This document shows positions 41,170 to 53,404 of a stretch of 64,000 nt of DNA, in pieces. Position numbers and translations under genes: made by a program. The notes beneath the pieces are model-generated. The model did not search any database, was not told the DNA's origin, and worked only from the letters and a program-made list of their open reading frames with translations. Position 1 is the stretch's first letter. Each line of letters opens with the position of its first letter. The stretch is from Octopus bimaculoides (lineage: Eukaryota): assembly GCF_001194135.2 (NCBI RefSeq), contig NC_068981.1, positions 2,808,404 through 2,872,403 on the forward strand, given 5' to 3'.

Positions 41170-41610
41170 CATCGTCATCATCATCATCGTTTAACGTCCG
41201 CTTTCCATGCTGGCATGGGTTGGACAGTTTGACAGAGGTCTGGAGAGCCAGCAGCTGCACCAGGCTCCAATCTGATCAGGCAAGGTTTCTACAGCTGGAT
41301 GCCCTTCCTAATGCCAACCAATCCGAGAGTGTAGTGGGTGCTTTTACGTGCCACCAGCACAGGAGCCAGTCAGGCGGGCCTGGCATCGATCACGTTCAGA
41401 TGGTGCTTTTAACATACCACCGGCACAAAAGCCAGTCGGGGGTACTGGCTTTGGACATGATCAGTTGGTGCTTTTTACGTGCCACCGGCACAGGAGCCAA
41501 TCGGGCAGACCTGGCATCAACCACGTTCAGATGGTGCTTTTTATGTGTCACCAGCACGGGAACCAGTCTGGTGGTACTGGCATCAATGCCACCAGCACGG
41601 GAGCCAGTCT
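41170..41610 (-). mobile_element. SINE-like family B (four internal modules)
   Basis: Modules start at ~41338, 41402, 41468 and 41534. Confidence 0.8.
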
Positions 41611-41844
41611 GTGCTTATAATGGTAGGACTTTACAAGTAAGAAATGATTAAAAAAATCCTAAACTGCTGGACCTGAAATGCAGGAGATAGTTCTATGAGA
41701 AAAGAAACCAACTATTTGTATCAATAAGGACATTTTGCTGTGTCTTCACCCTTGAAAAAGTTGTCTTATGGTCTAATCAGGAGTTAGGGGCTGTGCCCAT
41801 GACCTCTGCAGGTTCCCTGAGATATGGAACATCAATATATAGAA

Positions 41845-42030
41845 CAACTGCTGGAAATACATGGTCAGAAAAAAGATTCCAGAAGATTGATATTGTGGGG
41901 AAGAAGGACTGGATGAAGTGGTAAGTGAAAGGAAAGTGTAAGTAATAAGAGGAGATGGCACAAATGTGAGGACTGGGTGGCGGTTGAGTGTAACTAGAAG
42001 GTTTAGAAGAGAAGAGACCATTGTAGTAGT
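41845..42030 (+). mobile_element. Probable RTE LINE 3'-end remnant
   Basis: Degenerate similarity to the GRPRKTWDEVV-type C-terminus (ggaagaaggactggatgaagtggtaag). Confidence 0.4.
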
Positions 42031-43005
42031 TGTACAATAAACAGAGGGAGGAGACACTGCATCATGGGCTACAAATGAAAAATGGCAAACTTAACAAATT
42101 GGGTGGAGAGAACACACTGACATTCAGAAACATCATCATCCTTCAACAGCCAGCTTCCATGCTGGCATGAGTTGGACAGTCTCACAAGATCCTATGGGCC
42201 TGAAGACTACAGCAGGTTCCAATGTTTGTTTTTTCATGATTTTTACGGCTGGATACTTTTCCAGATGCCAACCAGTTTAAAGAGTGTATCTGGTACTTCT
42301 TTTCATGGCACCAGCAGCCGGGAAACACGAAGATCCTATTCTACTGATAGTGGCTACAGTAGAGGAGGCAGCTTTATGCTAAGAGATGAAAAATTAGGGT
42401 ATGAAAGAAGAAGGGGTTAGAAGCAAACGGGTTTCTTGATGGAGACGAGCTTCATGGCTATGACACATATACACACATACATCATCATTGTTGTTTTAGT
42501 GTCCACATTTCCAGGCTTGCATGGGTCAGATAGAAGTTGTTGAGACACATTTTCCCTTTGGCCAGATGCCCTTCCTGTCACAAACCCTCACCCGTTTCCA
42601 AGCAAAATAATATTTCCCTACAGTCAGACAAATGACACTGCTTGTATGAGGTTGAACACATACTTACAGCCATCATGAGATGTCAGGATAAGTAAACACA
42701 CATGTATATATAATGTGCTTCTTTCAGTTTCCATCTAATTCACAAGGTTTTGGTCAGCCCAAAGCTATAGTAGAAGACACCTGTCTAAGGGACTGAACCT
42801 GAAACCACATAGTTGGAAACTAAACTTCCTAAACATACAACCATGCCTCTCTCTTTCTCATATATATATATATATACAAACACGTGTCTGTGTGTATAAA
42901 TATATACAAACACACATACATACATGTATATATATACATATATGTATTCCCAAGTTTGTGTGAAGGTTTACAAAATTATGCAGAGATACGAGAGTGCACA
43001 GTGCG

Positions 43006-43071
43006 TCACTGACAGCAGCCCAGTTACAAATGGTGCAATCATCACTTTTGTAACTGGGCTGCAACCAGTGA
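43006..43071. other. Pre-miRNA-like hairpin (66 nt)
   Basis: Perfect 16-bp inverted repeat gcagcccagttacaaa (43015-43030) / tttgtaactgggctgc (43047-43062), extended by tcactg/cagtga. Confidence 0.8.
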
Positions 43072-45446
43072 AGTTTGACAACATTTCTTGTCAACAAAAA
43101 TCACCCATCTCTTCCACCGGAATCGAAATCCCTTACCTGAAAATCAGGTAAGGATTGGTGACAGGAAGTGTATCTGGCCATAAAAATCCTGCCTCAAAAA
43201 TTTACCTCCACTTAAGCCAAGCTAACATAGAAAATAGACATTAAACAAAACAAGAAACAAACAAACATAATAATAAAAGATGTTTACATTGTAACATATT
43301 AAGGTTGATGTATGAATAACAAATTTTCCTCATCAAATTACATTGTTAATTTTTATCTCATTTGACGATTTAAGTTCTCCATTCCTGACTATATAATCAT
43401 TCTTTTTTCCTATCATATTTTGTTTAGCTATTTTTTGTTCAGTTTTTCATTCAGTTTTCACAAATTACAATTAGACATACCACAATCAATACCAAAGAAT
43501 ATATTTTAAAATTTAAAGTTAAACAGATGCCAAAATATCATTGTATATGATACAATAATCCACACCCTTATATATATATATTCTTTGTATTTGTTTATAA
43601 ACATAATACTGTTGTTCATACAAAGTAGACAAAACAACCTCATTGAAATTCACGAAACACATTCAAGGAAGCAATGTTTTGAAATAAAATTATACAAAGG
43701 TGATGCAGAAGACAAAAACAAATATGTTCAAAGTTACATTATACTTTTACTGTATAGCTATTTTTGTATATTATAAAGTAAAAGTACAGAAATGATATTG
43801 AAAGTATGAAATACCAAAATCACCATAAAAACTCACATTCACACAATGTTTCCCTGAGGAAGTTTAATAAGACCAAACTAGGTCCTAAGTTGTCACTGTA
43901 GTTTCCAGCAATCTGACTCACTCTCCACTGCAGGCTCCCATTCAATATCAGATTTTGAACTTCAGAATTTCTCCCAACTATCACCACCACCACCTTGCTT
44001 TTCTTGCTAATGAGCTAAGGGAAATAACTCGAATGTGACAATGGCAAAAATTTGGAAAAAATACAGGTTAATGAAGTGATGTATGAAATGGCATATACCA
44101 AAACTTCTCAAAAGAAATTTCGCTCTGGGCTGGAGAAAGACAACTAAAACCTAGCAGTAATCATTAGCAACTCTCATACGGGAAGCTAATTTCAAGAAAT
44201 TAAGAATTAATCCTTCCAAGTAAATCTACGTAATTAGAAGACCAGTTCTAGGCAAGGGACAGCTATGGGCTCGTTTCAGTTAGATTAACTCTTAATTTCC
44301 TCATTTCTTTGAAGGGTAGTTAAGAACTGCCTCTACACCTTTTTTTTTTTTTACTTTCTATTTCCAAGAAGCAATTTTTTTTTTTTGTTTTGTATGCAGC
44401 ATTCAATACATCACCCTCTAAGTTTCTTGTTCGTAATTTTTCTTTTCATAAAAAGCACCATTCGAACATGGTCAATGCCAGTGCCACCTGACTGGCTCCC
44501 ATGCCAGTGACATGTAAAAAGCACTAACTACATTCTTGGAGTGGTTGGTGTTAGGAAGGGCATCCAGGTGTAGAAACTCTGCCAGATCAGATTGGAGACT
44601 GGTGCAGCCATCTGGTTTGCCAGTCTTCAGTCAAACTGCCCAACCCATGCCAGCATGGAAAACGGACGTTAAACAATGATGATGATGATGATGATGATTA
44701 TTATTATTATTACATTGTAATTTTAATTGGTTGAACAATTTTGGAGGAAGGCTCATCACATTATATCAGTTTCACCCATTTTTAATCTATATGGGCACTC
44801 TCTGTCTGCCTGCATGTGTGTACATAGCTACACTGATCCACCTATACAAGCAAACATATGTACAGACATTATATATATATATATCTGCATATATGTACGT
44901 ACATATTTCCAGAACTGCAAACCTCTACAAATCTCTCTTTTGGTTTGATACGTGACAACAGTTACTAGATATGACAGGTAAAAATCCTTTACCAATAGAT
45001 TGAAAGTAGTAATCAATAATGAGATAATCAAAGACCTCGTCCATTCAGCCATCTTCAGTGGAATAAGCCAAATCTATTCCATATTAGAATAAGCTAACAA
45101 AGAAAGAGTTAAAACAGAGCCAAGTCAGACTATCTTCACTGGAGACAGAAATGAGAAACAAGTTGACTGATGGGTCTTGCATTACACGTCTCTATCACTT
45201 GCCAGGAAACTGTTACCGTTTCCACACAGAGAGCCTTCTATCTTCTCAATGAATTGTTTCTGCTATTTTTAAAACAAGAAAATTAGTCAGTCACTATGCA
45301 TTAGCAAGGTAGGTTACTGTACAAATGCCGAAGGCACATTATAGTGTGATCAATAATCTAGTTACCTGGTTAAATGATAGATATCTGCTTCGTAACTCAT
45401 CAATGAGTCTGCTGGTCTTCTCCATCTCAAATTAACGAGCATTGCT

Positions 45447-46048
45447 TTTTATCTTTTATTTGTTTCAGTCACTAGACTGTGGCCATGCTGGGGCACTGCC
45501 TTGAAGAATTTTTAGTTGAATGAATTGACCCCAAGACTTATTTTTTAAAGCCTGGTACTTTTTCTATCAGTCTCTTTTGCGAAAACGCTAAGTTACAAGG
45601 CAAAAACACACCGACACTAGTTGTCAAGTGGTGGTGGTGGTTGGGGGGAGAACAAACAGACACACACACATATATATACGACAGGTTTCCACACAGTTTC
45701 TGTCTACCAAATCTACTCACAAGGCTTTGGTTGGCCTGAGTCTACAGTAGGAGATACTTGCCCAAGGTGCCATGTGGTTGGGAAGCAAACTTCTTATTTC
45801 TTTATTGCCCACAAGGGGCTAAACATAGAGGGGACAAACGGATAAAGTCGATTACATCGACCCCAGTGCGTAACTGGTACTTAATTTATCGACCCCAAAA
45901 GGATGAAAGGCAAAGTCGACCTCGGCGGAATTTGAACTCAGAACATAGCGGCAGACGAAATACCACTAGGCATTTCGCCCAGCATATTTAACGATTCTGC
46001 CAGCTCGCAGGAAGCAAACTTCTTGCCACACAGTCACACCTGCACCCG
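45447..46048 (-). mobile_element. Family A SINE with nested family C SINE (45796-46009)
   Basis: Perfect 15-bp TSD ggaagcaaacttctt at 45781-45795 and 46010-46024. Confidence 0.85.
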
Positions 46049-46090
46049 TTATAATTTTAATAATTAATTCGTAGTCATTATAGCACTTAC

Positions 46091-46378
46091 CTTCGACAAT
46101 GGAGTGTGTTTCCTTACACATGATATGTCATCAGTATCCACACTCATCGTGAGCAACTGATCGATGGTTGCATCAACAGCACCATCATTGGCTCTCAAAA
46201 TGGCCTCTATTACATCTTCTTCCATGCTGGGAAACATATGCTTGAAGTCTGACATAGCCTGGTAAAAATCCAGTTGGCGTGTGTGTGTACGCGATACAGT
46301 TCCACCTGGCAGCGTTTCTCGGCGGGGATGGTCACGCCGTCGCCTGTTGTTCAGCTTCTGAGTATCAGCTGAAGCCAT
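46091..46378 (-). CDS. CUEDC1: First coding exon (96 codons) of CUE domain-containing protein 1
   Basis: The translation contains QLDFYQAMSDFKHMFPSMEEDVIEAILRANDGAVDATIDQLLTM. This is a CUE domain with MFP and LL motifs, very close to the recalled human CUEDC1 segment RLEFNQAMDDFKTMFPNMDYDIIECVLRANSGAVDATIDQLLQM. Start context is acaaaATGG. The exon ends at the donor AAG|GTAAGT (intron starts at 46090, phase 0). Confidence 0.88.
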
Positions 46379-46664
46379 TTTGTGGAATTTTGTTTATGTT
46401 TTTTTTTTTTTAATATTCTATGTTTTGATTTGTTTTATGTGTTTTTTTTAATACGAAAATGAGGAATCACAGATACAAAATGGATTCTTGTTTTCTCTTC
46501 AACAGACAAGGTTTTTCTTTCTTTTTCGTTTTTTTAAAATCTAATTCAGTTATATATATATATAAATATATATAAATGCATTGTGTGCATGAATAAGTGT
46601 GTTTGTGTGTGTGTGTGTGTTTACATATGTGTGTGTGTGTATATACATATGGATATATATATAT

Positions 46665-46695
<31 letters not shown>

Positions 46696-46748
46696 CACCC
46701 TTCTCCTTCAGGTAATTACTGGTGTTGCTATTTCATCCATACTTCAGC

Positions 46749-46775
46749 CTAAAAAAAAAAAAAAAAATATATATA
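46749..46775 (-). promoter_or_regulatory. Candidate splice acceptor opening the CUEDC1 ATG-containing exon (exon 46748-46091, ~370 nt 5' UTR)
   Basis: The minus strand reads a long T tract followed by AG|GCTGAAGT at 46750-46749. It was the strongest acceptor-like site I saw upstream of the ATG. Confidence 0.5.
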
Positions 46776-47569
46776 TATAAATAGAAATATTAAATACTGA
46801 AATATTAAAGTAAAAGTTACATTTTATTACAGACTAATTTGATGAAATGCATAGTGTAACTTATCTTAAAATAGAATGAAGTAAAAAAAAAAAAAAAGCA
46901 ACACCAACGTCCTCTCAACGATTAGCAGGAGATGGTTTTTAGAATGAGAAATTCTGAAATATGCTCGGCTGATCTCACAAACGAGAATACTAAAAATGAA
47001 TCCAACCGCTCTCAAAAATTAAGTAAAAAGACAGGAAAAATAATCCAGAATCCTTGTCCGGTATTGGATCGATCGCAAAATCTAAGCAGTTTGTGCCAGC
47101 CACAAGGCCAAACATACCTGAAAGTTTCATCCGAATCCATCCAGCAGTTCTTGAGATATCTTGTCCACGGACAAACAAACAAACAAACGCAACTGAAAAC
47201 AATACCTCTGCCTTCGCTGAAGCAGAGGTAATAATCACTTTTAAAAAAGAATCTACTATAATAATACTCTTGAGTTTTTCTCTGTCGCAACATATGAATG
47301 AGAAAGGAAGGGGTGATAGACGAATAAGGAAGGAAGGGGTGATGGCAAACTGGTAGTGGGATGGTGAACATGCAATGCTGAAAAGAAAAATCAAACAGTG
47401 TTTCAACTCTATGTGAGTATATGCGTGTATGTGTGTGTGTACAAACATGTGAATGTTTGTATGCATGATTATTATGTACCTTATTTATATATAAAATGCT
47501 ACAATTAGCCGTCATTTTTGACAGCACAGGGCCAGCTGGTATGAAAATGAATACCATATAAGGCAAAAT

Positions 47570-48814
47570 GCTCAGAAGTATTGCATCTGTCTTTACATTC
47601 TGAGTTCAAATTCAGCTGAAGCAAATTTTGTTTTTCATCCTCTCAGGGTTGATAAAATAGGTACCAGCTGAGCAGTGGGGTCGACATAACTGACTAAGCC
47701 CCACCCTCAAACTTTCTGGCCTTGTGCCAAAATTTGAAACCATAGGATGGTGAGTTGGCCGAATGATTAGCATGCTTAGTGGCATTTTACCAGTCCTTAT
47801 GTTCCGAGTTCAAACACTACCAAGGCCGACTTTGCCTTTGATCTCCTTGTGTTTGATAAAATAAGTACTAGTTGGTCTCTAGGAGTCAATCTAATTGACT
47901 TAGCCCCTCCTCTGGAATTGCTGGCCTTGTGCCAAAATTTGAAATTATTATCATTATTATTAGGTGAGCTGGCAGAATCATTAGCATGCTGGACAAAATG
48001 CTTGGTGGTATTTCGCCTGTTGCTACATTCTGAGTTCAAACTCCACTGATGTCAACTTTGCCTTTCATCCTTTCAGGGGTCAATAAAAAAGAGCACCAAT
48101 CAACCAGAGGAGTTTATGTAGTCGACTTACCTGCTCCCATGCAGTTGCTGGCCTTGTGCCAAAATTTGAAACCATTATTATTATTATTATTATTATTATT
48201 ATCATTATTATTAAAGTGATGAGCTGGCAGTATTGTTAGCCCACTGGGCAAAATGCTTGGTGGCATTTCATCCGTTATGATCTGAGTTCAAATTCCACTG
48301 GGGTCAACTTTGCCTTTCATCCTTTCAAGGTTGATAAAATAAGTACCAGTTGAATACTGAGCATCGATGTAATTGGTTTATCCCCTCCCCCAAATTTCAG
48401 GTCTGTGCCTATAGTCATCATCATCATCGTTTAACGTCCGCTTTCCATGCTAGCATGGGTTGGACGATTTGACTGAGGACTGGTGAAACCGGATGGCAAC
48501 ACCAGGCTCCAATCTAATTTGGCAGAGTTTCTACAGCTGGATGCCCTTCCTAACGCCAACCACTCAGAGAGTGTAGTGGGTGCTTTTACGTGTCACCTGC
48601 ACGAAGGCCAGTCAGGCGGTACTGGCAACGGCCACGCTCGAAATGGTGTCTTTTATGTGCCACCCGCACAAAAGCCAGTCCAGGGGCACTGGCAACGATC
48701 TCGCTCGAAAACCCTACGAAGGCCAGTCAGGCAGCACTGGCAACGGTCACGCTCAAAATGGTGCATCTTATGTGCCACCCGCACAAGAGCCAGTCCAGGG
48801 GCCCTGGCAAAAGG

Positions 48815-48850
<36 letters not shown>

Positions 48851-49638
48851 CTTGTAAGCTGACAGAATTAGTTGCATATCAATTAAGATGCTTAATGGTA
48901 TTTCTTCCGACTCTTTATGTTGAGCTCAACTTTGCCTTTCATCTTTCAGAATCTCTAAAATACGTACCAGTCAGATACTAGAGTCGATGTAATCAACTTG
49001 TCCCCTCCCCTCAAAATTACTGGCCTTGTGCCAAAATTAGAATTATTGAACATCCAATAATACATTTATGGAATTAAGTTTTACATAATCCATTAAAATT
49101 TACAAGTGAAAAGCTTTCCTGAATTTAAGTGAAGATTATCCAATCATCCTATCAAATTTTAATCTTTCTGACATCAACCCACCTGAGACTGTCCTGCTTC
49201 TATGATATAAATTTCTTGTTTAAAATGATTTAAATTAAAACCTTCCACCAAAATTCCATGTTAATTTATATTCTAAATATCAGATTATGACAACGTTATT
49301 TTATTAAGCTCTTCATAGTTTAAAAATTGTAACAAAGGCAGTATATTTCATTTGAATTACTGTAGCAAAAAGGCTAAAATATCTAAAAAAATTTACAGAC
49401 AAAAACTGTCATACAAAACTCAATGTACTATGAGGAATTTTCTGTTTGGTAGAATTGTTAGCAGACAAAATGCTGAGCAGGTTTTCTTCTGGCTCCTTTC
49501 CATTCTGAGTTCAAATGCTGCTGAAGTCAACTTTACCTTTCGTAGTTGATAAAATGAATACCAGTTGAACACTGGGGTTGATATCATTGATTTATCCACC
49601 CTGCTCAAAATTGCAGGGCTTGTGCCAAAGTTTGAAGC

Positions 49639-49677
<39 letters not shown>

Positions 49678-49680
49678 CAT
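47570..49680 (+). mobile_element. Head-to-tail cluster of family C SINEs with (ATT)n tails and one interposed minus-strand family B SINE (48415-48812)
   Basis: The unit gagctggcagaat...gagttcaaa...ttgtgccaaaatttgaa recurs about six times. Confidence 0.75.
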
Positions 49681-50463
49681 TATTATTCAATAGTTACAAA
49701 TTTTTGTACACAAGATGGAAATCATACTCTTTTCACAAGAATTTCATATAAGGATTTTAGAAAAATCGTTAATTCGCTAATATTAAAGATGTAACATTTA
49801 TTTTCAAATATTTCCTAAGTCAAATAAAAACTTGTAAAGAATCATTTTCAACTAACTTGAGAAAAACAAAAACAGAAAAAAAAATATTTTCATTATATAG
49901 CCATACTGCAGAGATATTTGTGTAAAACAGTTTTTAATTTGTGTAAAACAGTTTTTAATATCTTTTGCTATCAGAAAAATATCAAAGGTAATAAAAAACA
50001 AACAAACATGACTACATGACAGTGTTATTTTTAACTTTTCCGGATAAAACTTTGCAAGCAGTATCTGAAATAGCCAAAATTTCAGCTCCACAGTCAGAAA
50101 AAGAAAACACTCTGAAATAATTCAGCCGAAATCTGGAGTGGTTGGCATTAGGAAGGGCATCCAACTGTAGAAGCTCTGCCAAATCAGATTGGAGCCTGGT
50201 GTAGCCATCTGGTTTCACCAGTCCTCAGTCAAATCGTCCAACCCATGCTAGCATGGAAAGTGGACGTTAAATGATGATGATGATGATTTCTGTTTTATGG
50301 TACTTGCATGGTTGTATGATTAAAAAGCTTGCTTTGCAACCAGATGGCTTTTGGTTCAGTCCCCCAGAGTGGTGTCTTGGACAAGTGTCTTCTACTATAA
50401 TCCCAAGCTGACCAATGCCTTATGAATGGAATTTGGTATATGGAAATTGGGTGGAAGACCATC

Positions 50464-50502
<39 letters not shown>

Positions 50503-52909
50503 GTAAACGTTTGCATTCTGTGAAAATCTCAACAAGCAATGATGAGGATGAGGTCATATTTTCTGTTAGCAAATCCTCCACTGGCTTTGTACCTTTGAAG
50601 ACATGTAAAACAGTGATCCCTTACTTGAAAAACAGATAATGGTTAGTGATAGGAAAGGCATCCAGGTATAAAATGAGGCTGTGATAACACATTCATTTAA
50701 CCCATGCTGGCATAGAATGGCAGATGCTAAAAAACAAAACACACTGTGAACCGATGTGATTAATTTTCCTAAATATCGGTTATAAAGGAGTACATTTAAC
50801 CTGGTACCACCCGTATCCTTTTAAACAAACTTCCTGCTTTGAAGTGATTTAAATTAAAACCTTCCATCAAAACAGTATGTTAATATATTTTCCAAACACC
50901 AGCTTAATAATGACAATGTCATTTTACTAAATTCGTTATTTTCGAAATTAATTCAATCAAAAGCAATGTATTCCAAGAGAAATACAGTAACAAACGGGTT
51001 AATATTTGATGAACCCAAATTTAAATTGATGAATAAAGAACATGACACTTGGTTAGAGAAACATTTATTTTGGGGGAGGCTTTCTTTCAATGGCCTTGTA
51101 AACCAAGCTAATTCTAATGTTATGCTTCCAAGCGATTAACACTGGAGATATTGGCACCATGATAACCAAAAGATTCTGTAACAGATTCACTTTTGAATAA
51201 TTATATAATAATGATGATGGCTATAGAATATTTTACAAAAATAGATGCCCTGTATACTTAATCTTATCAGTCATTCTGCTCATTTAGCAAGTTCTATTTT
51301 TATTATCGTTATTTTTTAGAAACACATTTTGTACAAACTTTTCTTTTTTTGTTACTTTACATTTTGGTTAGAGAGAGATTCTGCTGGGAGCAATTCCAAC
51401 CTTAAGTAATTGGTGGACTATATCTAGTTTTAAAAACATTAATATCAACATTAACTAGTCACATCCATTAAATATATACAAGCCTACAAGAGAGCCACTA
51501 CACAATCAATGTACTAATAATAGCAGCCAATCTCCCTCAAATCACACCCTACTATCTTCAAGAGGTAAAACATCTCAGTAATAAAGTTCTAGATACACCA
51601 TGTATGAAAATAAGATGAGATGTTCATGACTGGTATCTCCTTCACCAGGAGCCTGGCACTTTGTCAGTTAGGATAACAAGTGTTCCAGCTGATCCGATTA
51701 ATGGAACAGCCTGCTTGTGAAATTAATGTGCAAATGACTGAGCACTCCACAGACACGTGTACTCTTAATGTAGTTCTCAGAGAGACTCAGTGTGACACAG
51801 AATGTGACAAGGCTGGCCCTTTGAATTACTGGTACTACTCATTTTTGCCAGTTGAGTGAACTGGAGCAACATGAAATAGAACATCTTGCTCAAGGACACA
51901 ATGCACTGTCAGAAATCAAAAAAAAAAAAAACACTCATTACATTCTGCAAAATGATTGGCATTAGAAAGGTCATCCAGAAGTAGAAACCACACCAAAACA
52001 GACATTGGAATTTGGCATTGGTCCTCTAGCTTGTCAGTTTTTGTCAAACCACCTAAACCATTTCCAGCATGGAAAACAGGCACTAAATGAGGATGATTTT
52101 TTCATTTAGTAAAACAAAAAAGAGTCATGAAAATTCCTCATAATCTACAAATGGGGAAACTTACTGACTTGGAAACAAACTCACTGAAAATGACAATCGA
52201 CAAGCGTTTTTATTTAATTCCAAATGTTGGGGACTTAAATTCTGGGGCTCGTTATCCTTTGAACATTTTTCAGAATTAAGAAAATTTCCGAAAGTTTTTT
52301 TACATCTATCATTTTAGAATGACTTACAGATGTAAAAAGAAAAAAAAAAACATTTTAATCCAAGAAGCTGATAAAATCCAAAATGAAGTCACAACTGACT
52401 GATTCAAATTTGAAGAATTCTCTCCTGTTCCACATTTAACTTCAAACTAAAATGTTTAGTGAAACCAGACTCAAAAGTCTCAGTAACATAATGTTTACTT
52501 AATTTTCTTTATATTAAATCATTTCATCATGTAAAAAAATATTAAGTATAGATATATTAACATATATTAGCATATGTTAGTGTATCTAAATTAACATACT
52601 TCAGATGAGAATTTCATGGAAGACTTGTATGACACATTTGAACTGATGCATGAAAATACTGATACATGAATGCTGTTGCTTGATTTGCCAGAAATAGCAG
52701 CTAAATCTCTCTCAAACTATACTATACCATCTTTAAAAAGTATGGTTTGTATGATGTAACCCAAAATATACCACTGCTAGTGAGAAAAAAAAAAGAGGAT
52801 AATCATTGCTCGTATGTCTTTGATGGACCTACTTGATCAGAGCTGACTTGAAAGTTCATGATTGTGATATGAACTACTTAACTAAACATTTTTACTAGTT
52901 ATTCACACA

Positions 52910-53398
52910 CATCATCATCATTGTTGTTTAACATCCACCTTCCATGCTGGCATGGGTTGGACGGTTTGACTGAGAACTGGCAAACCAGGAGGCTGCACCA
53001 GGCTCCAGTCTGATTTGGCAAGGTTTCTACAGCTGGATACCCTTCCTAGCGTCAACCATTCCGAGAGTGTAGTGGGTACTTTTATGTGGGAGCCAATCAG
53101 GTGGCACTGGCATCAGCCACACTCGAATGGTGCTTTTTATGTGCTACTGGCAAAGGTGCCAGTCAGGCAGCACCTGTGTAGATGCCTTGTAAAAAGCACC
53201 TGTGCCAGTGCCGCATAAAAAGCACCCAGTCCACTCTGTAAAGTGGTTAGCATTAGGAAGAGCATCCAGCCATAGAAACCATGCCAAAACAGACAATTAA
53301 AGCCTGGTGCAGCTTTCTGGCCAGCTAAGTCCTGTCAAACAGTCCAACCCATACCAGCATGGAAAACAGACCTTAAGTGATGATGATGATGATGATGA
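52910..53398. mobile_element. Two family B-like SINE pieces joined in opposite orientation
   Basis: A (cat)n tail at the left end and a (gat)n tail at the right end, with inverted bodies between. Confidence 0.7.
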
Positions 53399-53404
53399 TA
53401 TAAT

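Noticed and set aside
41338-41600. Regularly spaced ~65-bp repeats resembling a CRISPR array
   Set aside because: Eukaryotic context, whole-unit tandem repeats without unique spacers, and internal to a SINE.
43927-44020. Minus-strand 93-nt phase-0 exon-like segment (LISKKSKVVVV...)
   Set aside because: No similarity to CUEDC1; overlaps a repeat-derived aagggaaataactc motif.
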